Shown here one piece after another: positions 1 to 9,792 of a stretch of 64,000 bases of DNA. Position numbers and translations under genes: made by a program. Below the pieces are notes generated by a model, which ran no database searches, had not been told where the DNA came from, and saw only the letters and a list, made by a program, of their open reading frames with translations. Positions within the stretch are counted from its first letter, which is position 1, and each line of letters opens with the position of its first letter. The stretch comes from Dehalococcoidia bacterium. Its GTDB lineage: Bacteria > Chloroflexota > Dehalococcoidia > GIF9 > AB-539-J10. The DNA is taken from assembly GCA_016930935.1 (NCBI GenBank), contig JAFGFT010000041.1, positions 6,075-70,074 on the forward strand, read 5' to 3'.

Positions 1-411
1 CGCCGACTCCAGCGACTGAGGTTCGTCAGTGCCAATCCTCACTTTCTTGGCTGTTTTGAACTCGACCTCGACAGCGTCGAAACCGGACACGTTATACAGC
101 CAGCCATGCGGCGTCAGTCTCGTGCCCCAGCCATAGAAGAAGGGATTTCTTACAGCCCGACTGGATTCGATGTCTCGAAGCCGGTACTGCCGGCGGATGA
201 ACCCCGGTCCGAAACGCACTTCAAGTGTGTCGTCGTTGATGGTGACCGTTAGATTTGAGTACGCGACCATTGCCACAGCGAGCAACACCATGACGCCGAC
301 AGAAATCCACTTCTGGTTGGCGTTCATCATTGCCACGCCAACGATGAAGAGGCCTGCTGCCATTCCGGCCAGCGTCACCCACCCTGTCTGCGTATGTTTG
401 TATGGCACCAC
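1..411 (-). CDS. membrane protein, N-terminal part only (gene continues past the left edge)
   Basis: The minus-strand frame is open from GTG at 411 down to position 1 with no stop. It is absent from the ORF track, probably because no stop lies in the window. GGAGG at 418-422 sits 6 nt upstream. The translation VVPYKHTQTGWVTLAGMAAGLFIVGVAMMNANQKWISVGVMVLLAVAMVAY gives two hydrophobic helices, followed by a beta-rich part (LEVRFGPGFIRRQYRLRDIES...). Family not recognised. Confidence 0.6.
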   Translation of the reverse strand, partial: MVPYKHTQTGWVTLAGMAAGLFIVGVAMMNANQKWISVGVMVLLAVAMVAYSNLTVTINDDTLEVRFGPGFIRRQYRLRDIESSRAVRNPFFYGWGTRLTPHGWLYNVSGFDAVEVEFKTAKKVRIGTDEPQSLESA

Positions 412-634
412 GATGCACCTCCATTCAAGGCGACGTATCATAGGGGCGCTCCGCATCGGAAGTCAATTGGGCAGTGTGATGATGGTCCTCCAGAGTGCCG
501 GGCACTGGTAGCTCACAAGTCCTGATAAGTGCCCATTGAATGATGTATGATGATTGACAGGAGACTCTGGTGGTATTACATGCGTAGTGCCCGGGTTGGC
601 TACCTCTGTTGGCAGTGAAAATTGGAGGTGCAAG

Positions 635-1537
635 ATGGCGAATGAGGAAACAACTCCAGAGAGAATGCAGCTTGCGAAAATCGATGAACTGAACCTGGAC
701 GAATCACAACTGGCGGAACAGCTATACAATAGCGCCGGGCTGAACCCGGTAGTTGATGCAGGACTGAAAGACTACGACAAGCGACTTCAAACGGAAGATA
801 AGATGATTACCAAGGTGTTTGGCCCACGCGGGACAGACATCAAGGGCTATGGTGAGGCTGTGGCCAAGAGAGTTGCTGTAGCTGTCTATGCCCTTCTGAA
901 CAAGCAGTATGGCGGTCAGATGGGCGACCTCAGGTCGTACATCATGGCTCTTGAGGATGAACGCGATCGGGCCAACGCGCGGTACGACGAGTTGATGGGC
1001 AGAGTGGTTGGGACACTGGGCGAGGAATACAAGGATTTGAGGACTGACTCCAACACGTTCATGGAGAAACTGACGACAGTACTTGGTGAAGACGCCAGGC
1101 AGTCAAGGATTGACCAGGCAGCGCTTGCCGAGAGACTGGCCGACATTGATGGGTTGAGAGCAGAAATCAAGATTCTGACACAGGACAAGGAAGGCCTGGG
1201 GGAACGAATAGCCGAGCTGGATTCGAAGACAAACAGCCTGGAATCCGAGAAGGCGGCTCTGGTTGCTGAGATCGCACGCGTGAACGAAGTCCACAAGAGA
1301 CTCAATACAGCGGTAGACACACTTGCGACGACAATCCCTCACCAGGAAATCGGCGACGGGTTGGGCGAGGAGTTGTACAGTTTTGTGCTGAAAGACTCGA
1401 AAGTCCCACACGCGGTCATAGATGGGGTAGGGAAATTCATTGATTTCAAGAAGTACCTGCGAGTGGCAGCCGCACGAGGCGCAGAAGAAGCAACCAGCCA
1501 GTCAGAACAGACGTTGCGTAAAGCACTGAGCGACTAG
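635..1537 (+). CDS. hypothetical coiled-coil protein
   Basis: ORF 554..1537. The in-frame ATG at 635 follows GGAGG (624-628). There is a long charged, Leu-rich helical stretch (LAERLADIDGLRAEIKILTQDKEGLGERIAELDSKTNSLESEKAALVAEIARV). No family recognised. Confidence 0.7.
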   Translation: MANEETTPERMQLAKIDELNLDESQLAEQLYNSAGLNPVVDAGLKDYDKRLQTEDKMITKVFGPRGTDIKGYGEAVAKRVAVAVYALLNKQYGGQMGDLRSYIMALEDERDRANARYDELMGRVVGTLGEEYKDLRTDSNTFMEKLTTVLGEDARQSRIDQAALAERLADIDGLRAEIKILTQDKEGLGERIAELDSKTNSLESEKAALVAEIARVNEVHKRLNTAVDTLATTIPHQEIGDGLGEELYSFVLKDSKVPHAVIDGVGKFIDFKKYLRVAAARGAEEATSQSEQTLRKALSD

Positions 1538-1913
1538 CCGGCATCAGCTTCGATACGCCGCATGCGTAGTGAGAGTCCTCTCGTCACCATCATGCGGATT
1601 GCTGTAGCCTCACTTTTTGCCGGAGGTCTGCTCGAGTACGTCGTGGGCGTCCTTGCAGTGTGAGAATACTGCATAACGTTGAGACACATCGGTCGGATTG
1701 GAAGACACCCGAATTGTCCGGTTTGGATTCGCAGTGTGCATGTTGAGTGTCGGTACCCTGCGAGTACGGCGAGGATTGATTCTCTTGTTCGTTACTTCAG
1801 GGCACTGACAATATGCGTGTTGTACTGGCCGTGTGGGCCGCACAATCTTGCACTGAGCCATGGCATACTGGGCGCTGCAACTCAAAGACAAGTCCTGGGG
1901 AGAAACGCGAATC

Positions 1914-2741
1914 GTGAACGTCAAGAAAGTGTGGGCTGTGTACTTCAGCGCAACTGGAACCACCGAAAAGGTAGTGACAAGGGTCGCAGAAGGCGTCGCC
2001 GATGAACTGGGTGTTGCTTATGAGAGCATTGACTTCACCCTTCCAGCTGCACGAGAGGCTGTCTTGAACTTCTCCGCCGATGACCTCGTAGTGTTTGGTA
2101 CACCCGTCTATGCAGGGCGTGTTCCCAACGTCCTTCTGAAATATCTGGAGACCATTCGGGGAAATGGTGCTGTCGCAGTGCCTGTGGTGGTCTTTGGCAA
2201 CCGAAGTTACGATGATTCCCTCATCGAACTGAGAGATATACTTGAAAAGGACGGCTTCCACACTATTGCCGCGGGGGCGTTCGTTGGTGAGCACTCGTTT
2301 TCATGCGTGCTTGGCAAGGGGAGACCGGATGATGCCGACATGGTCGTTGCATATGACTTCGCCAAGCGAGTGGCCACGAAACTGGGCGCTATCGCTGACT
2401 CCCCGGCGCTATCGCCGGTGACTGTGAAGGGCACTCCGTATCCCTACCGGGGCTACTACCGGCCTCGCGACCCCCAGGGCAATCCCGTTGACATGCGCAA
2501 GATCAGACCACTGACGAGCGACGCATGCAACGACTGCAAGACATGCGTGGAGGTCTGCCCGATGGGGTCCATTAGCTACGACGACGTGCGGGAGTACACC
2601 GGCATCTGCGTCAGGTGCGGCGCCTGCGTCAAGAAGTGCCCGCAACAGGCAAAGTACTACGATGACGAGGCTTACCTGTACCACAAGCGTGAACTGGAGG
2701 AAGGTCTCACCAGAAGAGCAGAACCGGAACTGTTCGTATAG
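1914..2741 (+). CDS. flavodoxin-like domain fused to a 2x[4Fe-4S] ferredoxin domain (EFR1-type)
   Basis: ORF 1860..2741. KKVWAVYFSATGTTEKV is a flavodoxin-type N-terminus. CNDCKTCVEVCP and CVRCGACVKKCP are two CxxCxxCxxxCP motifs. Start placed at GTG 1914 from the family-typical N-terminus; ATG 1860 is possible. Confidence 0.75.
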   Translation: MNVKKVWAVYFSATGTTEKVVTRVAEGVADELGVAYESIDFTLPAAREAVLNFSADDLVVFGTPVYAGRVPNVLLKYLETIRGNGAVAVPVVVFGNRSYDDSLIELRDILEKDGFHTIAAGAFVGEHSFSCVLGKGRPDDADMVVAYDFAKRVATKLGAIADSPALSPVTVKGTPYPYRGYYRPRDPQGNPVDMRKIRPLTSDACNDCKTCVEVCPMGSISYDDVREYTGICVRCGACVKKCPQQAKYYDDEAYLYHKRELEEGLTRRAEPELFV

Positions 2742-2891
2742 TACGTTGCCGTGGGGAAACGCAACACCATGGACACGCCTGACCGTAGGTAGGTCTCTAC
2801 GGCGAGGTGCTACGCTTCCTTTCAACGGACAATCCCGTTTCGACTATTCGAGGAGAGACACCCGCCTTCGGTACCGCGTCCGTCAGGACTA

Positions 2892-3350
2892 TCATGCATG
2901 CGTACGACAGGACAGTGCGGGAACAAGGACCACGGGTACCACAGAGCGGCGCAGAACCTTATCTGCAGTACTGCCCATCAGGACTCTGGTGACCCCAGAC
3001 CTTCCGTGCGAACTCAGGACAATGACATCAACCCCATTGTCGGCAGCATAGTCGAGTATCGCGTCAGCCGCCGGACCCGCTACGGCCGCCGTTGATACTT
3101 TGCTCTGTTGTAGCGCCAGCGATGTCTTCACCTTCTCAAGATACTGCAATGCGCCAGCGACGGCACGTTCCTCCGATTCCTTGATACGCTGGGGGCCCAT
3201 ATAGGCCATCGTTTGCGAGGTGACGGGCTCAATGACGCTCAACAGCACGACGTCCGGTATTCCGCGCGTGGTCGCTATTTCCCTCACGTGTTCGAGAACG
3301 CACTCCGCAAAGCCCGAAGTGTCCAGGGGAACCAGCATCTTCTTGTACAT
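2892..3350 (-). CDS. universal stress protein (UspA family)
   Basis: MYKKMLVPLDTSGFAE...VIVLSSHGRSGVTRVLMGSTADKVLRRSVVPVVLV is a typical Usp fold signature. GAGGAGGG lies upstream of the ATG. Confidence 0.85.
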   Translation of the reverse strand: MYKKMLVPLDTSGFAECVLEHVREIATTRGIPDVVLLSVIEPVTSQTMAYMGPQRIKESEERAVAGALQYLEKVKTSLALQQSKVSTAAVAGPAADAILDYAADNGVDVIVLSSHGRSGVTRVLMGSTADKVLRRSVVPVVLVPALSCRTHA

Positions 3351-3493
3351 ACCATCCCTCCTCAGCAGTGATGAATTCTGCGGACATCACACATACGTTT
3401 CTTCTGTACGGTCGATGAAGAACGCCTTGATGTGCTTTGCCGATGCAGGGTCGACGCACACGTTACCGCCATCCATCATGCCGCCGAAAAATC

Positions 3494-3904
3494 TCAGTGC
3501 CGCAAGCGAGAATACTCAGTTACAGGCAGGCGGAATCCGAAATCGTCGACGGCCTCAACTACGTCCGGCATTAGCTTGTAGAAGGGGAAGAGATGTTCAG
3601 CCTCAGGAACAGGTATCCTGTGAACAAACGACCCATCCACTAGGAACCGCTGTTGTACAACCGGGCACTTTGCCGGTGAAGACGATCCTCTCATTGCATC
3701 TGCGATGACCTCCTGACATCGGTCCTCACAATCTTGAGTGGCGGATTGACTTCTGGTTCCGCATCGCTGCCTGTGACGGCGAACAAAAAGTGCCGGTGCT
3801 ACCGGGCTTGTCGTCGCTCTGGAAGATGTCAACGTTGTAGTCGCTCACCCGGGCGTAGCAGCCCACTGACATTTCTACAATGTCGGCTCCAATAGTGACA
3901 AGCA
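3494..3904 (-). CDS. hypothetical ORF, start and frame uncertain, possibly disrupted
   Basis: The frame is open from ATG 3904 to the stop at 3494; the track lists only 3494..3832. The middle is Arg/Ser-rich and not protein-like, while a second frame reads more naturally (ERYNVDIFQSDDKPGSTGTF). AGGAGG lies 14 nt before ATG 3694, which would give a 66 aa product (MRGSSSPAKCPVVQQRFLVDG...). No family recognised. Confidence 0.25.
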
Positions 3905-4313
3905 TCCTTTCAGCTAGAGTCGACTCATCTCCCTGCGTGGATCCGATCTATCAGCACTATCCAGTTGGCCGTTGCGATGGGCAATTATGCACCTAGCATG
4001 AACGGATGCGACTATTGTACTGATGGTCACAGGCCGTGACAATAGGCTTACCTCATCACACCACCGTCAATTCTTCTTGACGTTAGCAACAACCCTGGTG
4101 TTGTCGTGGGCACCAGGTCAAGCGTGGTCAGGTACGTACACTGGCCATCGACGCGGTTACAAGATGCCACCACTAAGGTGTATGTCCATGACATGGCAAA
4201 GCCGCGTTATCCCGTAACTCCCGGGAAAGAGGACCCAAAAACGCAGATTACGCTAGCCGGTTCGCGCGTGCTTTGCAAGCAGGTACGCTGCAGTAGTGTT
4301 ACGATGCCAGGGC

Positions 4314-5702
4314 TCAGTGTCCCTCCTGTGCGCTCTCCATCTTGCCGCGAATGACATTGGCCAGGTCGTGCAACAGGTCCATAGCCGGGCTGAACGGAGG
4401 CGCGTACGCCAGGTCGAGATTGGCCATGTCGTCAACGGTTCTCTCGGCCGATATGGCGGTCACCAGGACATCAGTGCGTTTGGACACGTCGCCGACGCCA
4501 ACCAGTTGTGCGCCCAGGACCCTGCCGCTCGCCGCATCGGCAACAAGCTTCACCGTACTCTGAAGGGCTCCCGGATAGTAACCGGCGCGGTCCAGCCCTT
4601 TCCCGGAAACCACTATCGGCTGGAAGCCAGCCTTGCGGGCTTCATCCTCGCTGATGCCGACCCTTCCAACGCTGAGATCGAATACCTTCGCAACAGCGGT
4701 GCCAACCACGCCGGGAAACGTGTCCTGCCCACCGGTGATGTTCGTTCCGATAATACGTCCGTGTTTGTTGGCTGTGGAACCCATTGGGACGAATACCTTC
4801 ATTCCCGTAACTCTATGCACGTTCTCGACGCAGTCACCCCCGGCGTAGATATCAGGGTCGCTGGTTTGCAGGAATTCATCGACCACCACCCCGCCGAGCG
4901 CTCCGATTTCAAGTCCTGCGTCCCTCGCGAGTTGACTGTTCGGTCGGAAGCCAAGGGCAAGCAACACGACGTCCGCCTCGATGGTGCTCTTCTCCGTCAC
5001 CACTCTGACTACTTTGCCCTGCCCGTTGCCCTCAAGTCTGATGACGCGCTGTCCTGTGAACAGATGCACGCCTTTGTCCGTCAGTTCTTTTTCGACGATA
5101 GCTGACATATCTTCGTCGAGTAGCCCTGGCAGCACATGCTCAAGAGCCTCGACCACACTCACATCGAGCCCTCGCTGAGAGAATGCCTCGGCACCCTCCA
5201 TGCCGATGAGACCTCCTCCGACCACGACCGCTCTACTGGAGCCGGACGAGGCCAGCGAAGCGATGATTCTGTTGGCATCCGCGATTTTCGTCAGAGTGAA
5301 GACGCCATCGAGATCTCTCCCCTCCAGTGAGGACGGCACCACGGGGACTGCCCCTGTCGCAAGAACCAGCTTGTCGTAGGGAAGGCTTGAGGTCTCTCCA
5401 GTAGCCGTATCTGTCACCTCGACCGTGTGCGCCTTGCGGTCGATGCTGGTGGCCCTGGTCCAGCCAAGTACGTCGATATTCGAGGCCTCCTTGAACTGCT
5501 GCGGCGTCCTGATGAGCAGAGCGTTCTCGCTCTTGATCTGTCCACCGACATAGTAGGGAAGACCACAGGAGCCCTCAGATACGGTGGGGCCTTGTTCCAC
5601 TATCGTGATGTGTGCACCAGGGCTGCGCCGGCGTGCCCTTGCAGCTGTCTTCGGACCGCATGCCATCCCGCCGATAATGACTATGTTCTGCTCAGGGTCC
5701 AT
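4314..5702 (-). CDS. FAD-dependent pyridine nucleotide-disulfide oxidoreductase, CoA-disulfide reductase / NADH oxidase family
   Basis: N-terminal dinucleotide fold NIVIIGGMACGPKTAARA. Single redox Cys context SEGSCGLPYYVGG. Second Rossmann motif RAVVVGGGLIGMEGAEAF. 462 aa, typical for the family. Confidence 0.85.
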   Translation of the reverse strand: MDPEQNIVIIGGMACGPKTAARARRRSPGAHITIVEQGPTVSEGSCGLPYYVGGQIKSENALLIRTPQQFKEASNIDVLGWTRATSIDRKAHTVEVTDTATGETSSLPYDKLVLATGAVPVVPSSLEGRDLDGVFTLTKIADANRIIASLASSGSSRAVVVGGGLIGMEGAEAFSQRGLDVSVVEALEHVLPGLLDEDMSAIVEKELTDKGVHLFTGQRVIRLEGNGQGKVVRVVTEKSTIEADVVLLALGFRPNSQLARDAGLEIGALGGVVVDEFLQTSDPDIYAGGDCVENVHRVTGMKVFVPMGSTANKHGRIIGTNITGGQDTFPGVVGTAVAKVFDLSVGRVGISEDEARKAGFQPIVVSGKGLDRAGYYPGALQSTVKLVADAASGRVLGAQLVGVGDVSKRTDVLVTAISAERTVDDMANLDLAYAPPFSPAMDLLHDLANVIRGKMESAQEGH

Positions 5703-5819
5703 TGTTCACCTCAATCGAGCTCATTGTTGATGGCACACCGGCTTCTTCTTTGCCTCTGCGGATGCGCTCGCAACCAGGAAGAAGCTGGCCTCCCCACTTC
5801 CACCGAACCAATCCTACCG

Positions 5820-5848
5820 ATTCTGACAATCAAGTTTCATAGTGTCAA
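5820..5848 (-). promoter_or_regulatory. candidate sigma70-type promoter for the oxidoreductase gene
   Basis: The minus strand reads TTGACA (5848-5843), a 17 nt spacer, then CAGAAT (5825-5820). It lies about 120 nt upstream of the start at 5702. Confidence 0.35.
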
Positions 5849-5941
5849 TTCGAGGAAGGTTCGCGCATACCATGAGCCGGAAAGCAGGGTCGTCCTGTTG
5901 TCACATGACCACTGCGTCCGTAGGACTTCCTGAGTCATGCT

Positions 5942-6672
5942 GTGCAGGTGTTGGGACTAGCCTTCAAGCCCGCTTCCGGGAACAAAGACGATGCCAGGAT
6001 TGTCGCAGTGCTCGTCGCAGGTGCTATCGGCCACGCCTACGAGCATGAATATGCACGTTCCGGCTATCTTGTTCACTTGGATGAGCTCACTGATGACAGT
6101 CTCAAGCACTCCATGGATACCAGCAACGCGAATCTGGACATGCTGAGGGAGTCAGGGCTGATGTGCACGGCGCAGGCCGTTACGACAGTGGACAGCATCC
6201 GTTGGTGCGCCGACATGGTCGCGACCGTGGCGGATACCGACGTGGTGGTGGAAGTGGTGTCCGGGAGTTTTGAATTGAAACTGAGGCTATGGTGTTCTCT
6301 CGACTCGTTATGTCCAGCGTGCACCGTCTTCGTGAGGCATTCTCACTCGTTCAGGAGTGAGTGCTCGCCTCAGGCGATATAGATAGTGGATTTACCGCGG
6401 CGCTCGGTCCGCGCTGCTCGGCTGCCGGCCCATTTGAGATGATGAATGGAATACGAGTCGACCTCTGGCTGATAGTGCTTTAACACATGCTGCCGACACT
6501 CTCGTCTTCGTTTGAAGCGCATTGCGAAGGTCATAGTCAAGCCCGAGAGGACGATGCCGTAGGGCTCAGGACTGGACGCTTTCGAGACTGCCACGTCGTT
6601 GTCTGCATCCAGAACGGCGTTCGCTCCGACCGTCGCGACAAAGCGGTCTCTGCATCCCTCGCAGGATGGTGA
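5942..6672 (+). pseudogene. decayed 3-hydroxyacyl-CoA (3-hydroxybutyryl-CoA) dehydrogenase gene
   Basis: ORF 5942..6382 aligns by eye with the NAD-binding domain. IVAVLVAGAIGHAYEHEYARSGYLVHLDELTDDSL matches the IAVIGAGxMGxGIAxxxAxxGYxVxLxD pattern with the first Gly lost. DTDVVVEVVSGSFELKLRLWCSLDSLCPACTVFVRHSHS matches DADLVIEAVPExLELKxxLFxxLDxxxxxxxILASNTSS. The colinear remainder appears in another frame with a stop (GPFEMMNGIRVDLWLIVL*, then ORF 6487..6672). Confidence 0.45.
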
Positions 6673-6795
6673 CCAGATTGGAATTGCGCGAACTGCATGC
6701 CTATCTGGATTGAGGATGTTGGACTTGTGCCGGCTTCACAGCTAGCCCCACTATCCCTGCAGTAGTGAAAACGAAGAGATGACGAAACAACTTTG

Positions 6796-6825
6796 CCACG
6801 AGGCGGAGCGCGGTCCGCCTCGTGG
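6796..6825. terminator. GC-rich hairpin, possible bidirectional terminator
   Basis: CCACGAGGCGG-agcgcggt-CCGCCTCGTGG is a perfect 11 bp stem. TGAGATTGTTCTTGT follows on the plus strand and CAAAGTTGTTTCG on the minus strand. It lies about 90 nt downstream of the hydrolase stop. Confidence 0.5.
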
Positions 6826-6913
6826 TGAGATTGTTCTTGTCTGCCCGGAATCCGCGCATTCAGGAGACCCTGTCATCTACAGACTGTGTAGAGAGAGAGG
6901 CCACTCGCATCCA

Positions 6914-7891
6914 TTACGCCGATTGTTTCCTGAGCCATGCCAGAATCGTCTTGAGGGTGTCATCGTCAAGTACTGACTCTGCACCGTTGTAGCCCTCGAT
7001 CGCTGTGGCCCCTGTAAGGTCTTCTCTCGGTCTTGGCTCGTGTTTCAGAACGTGGTTGGCGTGTTGGGGGTAGAAGAAGGACACGTTACTCTTTCCCTGT
7101 GAGGCTTCCTCCAGCGCCCCGCCGTCCAGCTTCCACTCTGTCTGGATGTCCTTCTTGCCGATGACAACCAGCACCGGCACCATGGTCTTTCGCACGTAAT
7201 CAGATGGCCTGAACGACCAGAACTCTCTGGAGAAAGGCTGGTTGACTGGGGCGCTCAGGGCCGCTATCAGGTTATTGGCGAAATCGGGCAGATTGGCGTC
7301 AGGGGCAAACGGCAATCCGTCCTCAAACTTCTTGACCAACGCGTAGTAGCGAGAAACGAGATCATCGCTGTTCGGAATCTTGCTCAATTCAGTTACGACC
7401 TGGTAGTTTGCAACGTCGCTGAGGGCACGCCCCGGCGAACCTGTGAGAACCATGCCTGCGAATGGGAGTACTCCAGAATGAGTCTGATAGTAGAGGGCAT
7501 GCATCGCTCCCTCGCTGCTGGTCAGCGCGAACACATTGCTGGGATCAACGTCAGGGCGGCTGAGGAGGCGCGATACCGCGCCCTGCAGTTCGTCGAAGTG
7601 GCTCTCAAAGCTGATGTGGCCGGAGAGAAGGGCCACATTCTGCTGCGCGCGGGGACCAGAAGCGCGCTTGTCATACCGTATGGTGACGTAGCCGGATGAG
7701 GCCAGTTGTTCTGCGATGAGCCGGCCGCTGCCATTGGTCCCTGGCAGGAGCGGTGATTCCCAGTTCCTGTCAGTGGGACCAGACCCTGCGACCAGCACCA
7801 CGCCCGGATATCTACCTGGATTGTCCGGGGCAGCGATTGTGCAATCAACGATGGTCTGACCGAGTGGAAAAGAGATGTCTTCTGATTTCAA
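6914..7891 (-). CDS. alpha/beta hydrolase
   Basis: VVLVAGSGPTDRNW, the nucleophile elbow context FALTSSEGAMHALYY, and a late HANHVLKHE region. 325 aa. Confidence 0.75.
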   Translation of the reverse strand: MKSEDISFPLGQTIVDCTIAAPDNPGRYPGVVLVAGSGPTDRNWESPLLPGTNGSGRLIAEQLASSGYVTIRYDKRASGPRAQQNVALLSGHISFESHFDELQGAVSRLLSRPDVDPSNVFALTSSEGAMHALYYQTHSGVLPFAGMVLTGSPGRALSDVANYQVVTELSKIPNSDDLVSRYYALVKKFEDGLPFAPDANLPDFANNLIAALSAPVNQPFSREFWSFRPSDYVRKTMVPVLVVIGKKDIQTEWKLDGGALEEASQGKSNVSFFYPQHANHVLKHEPRPREDLTGATAIEGYNGAESVLDDDTLKTILAWLRKQSA

Positions 7892-7960
7892 GAATATGCT
7901 CCTCTTCGATACGTTCAGAAGTCTATACTGATTTGCCCGAATTGGTTGTGCGACGAAGTC

Positions 7961-9253
7961 CTACCCCGCGTGCTCCAGGCAGGCTTTGCTGACCTTCTTT
8001 GCGAGCGCCATGATTGTCAGGATTGGAGGATTGCCAAGAGACCTGGGAAGCAGGGAAGCGTCCGCCACGTAGAGATTGTCGGGGAGGGACGTGCGATGCA
8101 GAGTCTGCGATTCCCGTTCGGTAAGTGGGAGCGTACCCCCCGGGTGGCCGGCATTCAGCGTCCCCAGGAAGATGTCGGTTTCCCTCGTTCCCATCCTGTG
8201 AAGAATGTCCTTGCAGATGTTCACTGCTTCCTCCAGTCGCGCTCTGTCGATGTCCAACAGCGGCTTGCGCACTCCCTTGGGAGATGCACTTCCCGAACTG
8301 GTGTCTGCCAGCTTAATCATGAGGCTGAAGATGTCAGCGGCAGGATACCTCCATGCCGGGTTGAAGAAGAAACTCAAGAAGTCGAAATAGGGCGACATCA
8401 TGAAATGCTCTTGCTGAACCATGAACGGCATCGGTATCTCGCGGTTCTGCATTGCCTTCTCCCATCGAGTGGCTACGCAGAACACAGGGTCTACAAACAG
8501 ACTGTTGTCGCACTCGATTCCTGATTGCTGCAAGACTACGGGAGTACCCAGACCGCCTGCGGCGAGGACGACCAGGTCTGCGTTGAACAGTCGCGTGCGC
8601 CTCCCACTGGTAGCGAGCACGCCGATTGCCCGCCCGTCCTCAATCACCACCTCTCGCACTCTGTGTCCGGAGGCAAGTTCGGCGCCATTCTCAATAGCTT
8701 CGTTAAGGAATTCACGGCTATCCCACTTGGCGCCGTGGGCACACCCCAGTATGCACCTGCCACATTCTACACATCGCACCCGCCGGAGCATTTTGGGGGT
8801 TGGCTGAGGCTCAAGTCCCATCTCCCTGCAGATACTGAAGGCTTCTTGCGTCGGTGTATGCCACGTCGCCTCGTGGTCTGTGTTGATGGGAATTTCCCGT
8901 GCCAGTTCCAGGAATTCCGTGTCCAGATCGATGCCTATCTCGTTCAGTTCCCGATCCTGGCGGCTGGCAGTACCGGTGCTGAGGGTGGTGCTTCCACCAT
9001 GGCAGACTCCCCTGACTATGACCATCCCATCCTGTGTTGCGCGAGTTCTCATAGCGGGAATGAGCCACTCGATTCGTTTCTCATTGGCGAAGAGGCCGGT
9101 GCCTCTCCTGAGTTTCTCATATACGTGAAGGTTACCAGTGAAGGGCTTGAACGCAGTCCCCGCCTCCACCACCGTCACCTGGAACGCGCCCTGCAACTCT
9201 CTGGCGACTGTGGCACCTCCTGCGCCACTTCCCACTACGATGGCCGTCTTCAA
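7961..9253 (-). CDS. GMC-family FAD-dependent oxidoreductase (short form)
   Basis: MKTAIVVGSGAGGATVARELQ dinucleotide fold. CVECGRCILGCAHGAKWDS. C-terminal NLYVADASLLPRSLGNPPILTIMALAKK, a typical GMC C-terminus. The TTG start overlaps the upstream stop (TTGA at 9250-9253). Confidence 0.75.
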   Translation of the reverse strand: MKTAIVVGSGAGGATVARELQGAFQVTVVEAGTAFKPFTGNLHVYEKLRRGTGLFANEKRIEWLIPAMRTRATQDGMVIVRGVCHGGSTTLSTGTASRQDRELNEIGIDLDTEFLELAREIPINTDHEATWHTPTQEAFSICREMGLEPQPTPKMLRRVRCVECGRCILGCAHGAKWDSREFLNEAIENGAELASGHRVREVVIEDGRAIGVLATSGRRTRLFNADLVVLAAGGLGTPVVLQQSGIECDNSLFVDPVFCVATRWEKAMQNREIPMPFMVQQEHFMMSPYFDFLSFFFNPAWRYPAADIFSLMIKLADTSSGSASPKGVRKPLLDIDRARLEEAVNICKDILHRMGTRETDIFLGTLNAGHPGGTLPLTERESQTLHRTSLPDNLYVADASLLPRSLGNPPILTIMALAKKVSKACLEHAG

Positions 9254-9792
9254 TTCAGTTCTCCGTCATTCTGAAGATAGGCACGGCAACACTCGTGCCC
9301 CTCGGTGATGCGCTGCTTGAAGGCGAGGCTGCCGCCTCCGGCAAGCCCTGTCAGCAATCCTTCATCCAGTGATGAAATCAACCTGCACACTTCACTGGAG
9401 TAGTAGGCGCTGAAGAAGCAACGATGTATGAGGATGTTGCCGTCTGGCTTCCCCTCGAAGTCGATTTGCAGCATCTTGTAGATGAGCGAGCCCATCCGCA
9501 TGACGTCTGTAGTGGTGACTTTGAAATCCCTCCTGAACTGCTCTCCCATGTGATAGGCGTTCTGAAACAAGCGGGACTGCACTTCTGCCTGCTTGCCATG
9601 CAGGATGGCGCTGTCTGCCTGTTCCCTGGTGAAGAGGGCATACAGTCTGAGGCATTCAGCGCATGATTTCCCACGGGTGGAAGGCGGTGTCATATGGAAC
9701 GCATCGGCGGTTGCATTGAACAGCATATCCAGCTTCCGCTTCCGAAGAGGCTGAGGAACGTATAGGGATGCCGCTGTCAGCAACAGACCCAC
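9250..9792 (-). CDS. L-2-amino-thiazoline-4-carboxylic acid hydrolase-like (ATC_hydrolase family) protein
   Basis: The C-terminal pattern IHRCFFSAYYSSEVCRLISSLDEGLLTGLAGGGSLAFKQRITEGHECCRAYL resembles, from memory, the family consensus (C...C...D..L..G......l.r..t...G...C). The GTG start overlaps the upstream stop (TAGTG at 9790-9794); a later ATG start is possible. Confidence 0.5.
   Translation of the reverse strand: MGLLLTAASLYVPQPLRKRKLDMLFNATADAFHMTPPSTRGKSCAECLRLYALFTREQADSAILHGKQAEVQSRLFQNAYHMGEQFRRDFKVTTTDVMRMGSLIYKMLQIDFEGKPDGNILIHRCFFSAYYSSEVCRLISSLDEGLLTGLAGGGSLAFKQRITEGHECCRAYLQNDGELN

Noticed and set aside
6370-6594. A 74 aa minus-strand ORF that extends upstream without a start (…WSPSCEGCRDRF…).
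   Set aside because: It is antisense to the colinear 3-hydroxyacyl-CoA dehydrogenase relic. It has no start codon for the extended part and no recognisable family.
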